From positions 49,912,001 to 49,976,000 of the forward strand of contig NC_087437.1 of the NCBI RefSeq assembly GCF_036321535.1: a stretch of DNA of 64,000 nucleotides. Direction: 5' to 3'. Each line of letters opens with the position of its first letter. The first letter of the stretch is position 1. This DNA is from Camelus dromedarius. Taxonomy: Eukaryota. Below, one piece after another: positions 63,371 to 64,000 of the stretch. Position numbers and translations under genes: made by a program. Below the pieces are notes generated by a model that saw only the letters and a program-made list of their open reading frames with translations, had not been told where the DNA came from and did not search any database.

Positions 63371-64000
63371 GAAGGATTTTTTAATCTTAGGGTTAAGAGC
63401 TAATTAGAATCATATCTTGGATCCATTAATCAGGCAAATGAGACACACTTACATATTAGTGTATAAAAACCATAAATTACACAATTCCTTTCATTTTCAA
63501 AGAATTTTAGAATTTAAGAAGCTATTAGTTCCAACCTACCTAGAAGGCTGGTCTACTATTCTACAAAAGCAAAACACAAAGCCCTTCACAATTTCAAAGG
63601 GATGTAGACAAGAGAATCTCTGATTTTAATCTCCAAGGTCAAAGCCTTTCTTTCCCTGAAAAACTAATTCCTCCTTTTCTATCAGTTCTGGATACTGTTG
63701 TTCATTAGTATTGGAGGGGAAATAAAGTTGCGGGCAGGCCCAGAGTTTAAGAAGCATTTCAATTCCAGCTAGATGATTATTAGGGGAGAGATGTGTAGAA
63801 GACCCTAACACAGATAGAGGGAAGCCGTCCCTCGTGCCTAGGGAGGGCCTGCAAGTTCCACAGAAGGCATTGTCACTGTGCTCCCTCAGCCTGTGCAGGT
63901 GCAGAAGCCACCTGCAGCCGGTGGTGGACACACACAAGGAAATACATCCCAGCTGTCCCTCACCCAAACCACACTTTCCTTGTCCCAAAGCCTCCCCACC

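Noticed and set aside
1..64000. CRISPR array or other prokaryotic/novel multi-gene system
   Set aside because: No regularly spaced repeats or operon-like ORF arrays; the only recognisable reverse transcriptase and nuclease sequences are canonical LINE-1.

Overview
Mammalian genomic DNA, probably camelid (judged from the tRNA-Ala-derived SINE and the young LINE-1 family). It looks intronic or intergenic. I recognise no host protein-coding exon, RNA gene or prokaryote-type system. The window is dominated by two young, same-strand LINE-1 insertions on a background of ancient MIR, L2, L1M, MLT1 and hAT (MER3, MER5, MER45, MER81) fossils. L1-A (18843-25665) has a complete 5' end but lacks its last ~580 bp, yet is bracketed by a perfect 14-bp target-site duplication (TSD). 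L1-B (33438-35417) is 5'-truncated, with an intact 3' end and its own TSD. The most unusual signal is in their 1.4-kb overlap: long blocks are identical and share apparently private mutations and an inactivating frameshift. This points to gene conversion between neighbours or to assembly/polishing homogenisation. Several small exon-like units and enhancer-like motif clusters are flagged at low confidence. Old-repeat boundaries and subfamily names are approximate and by eye.
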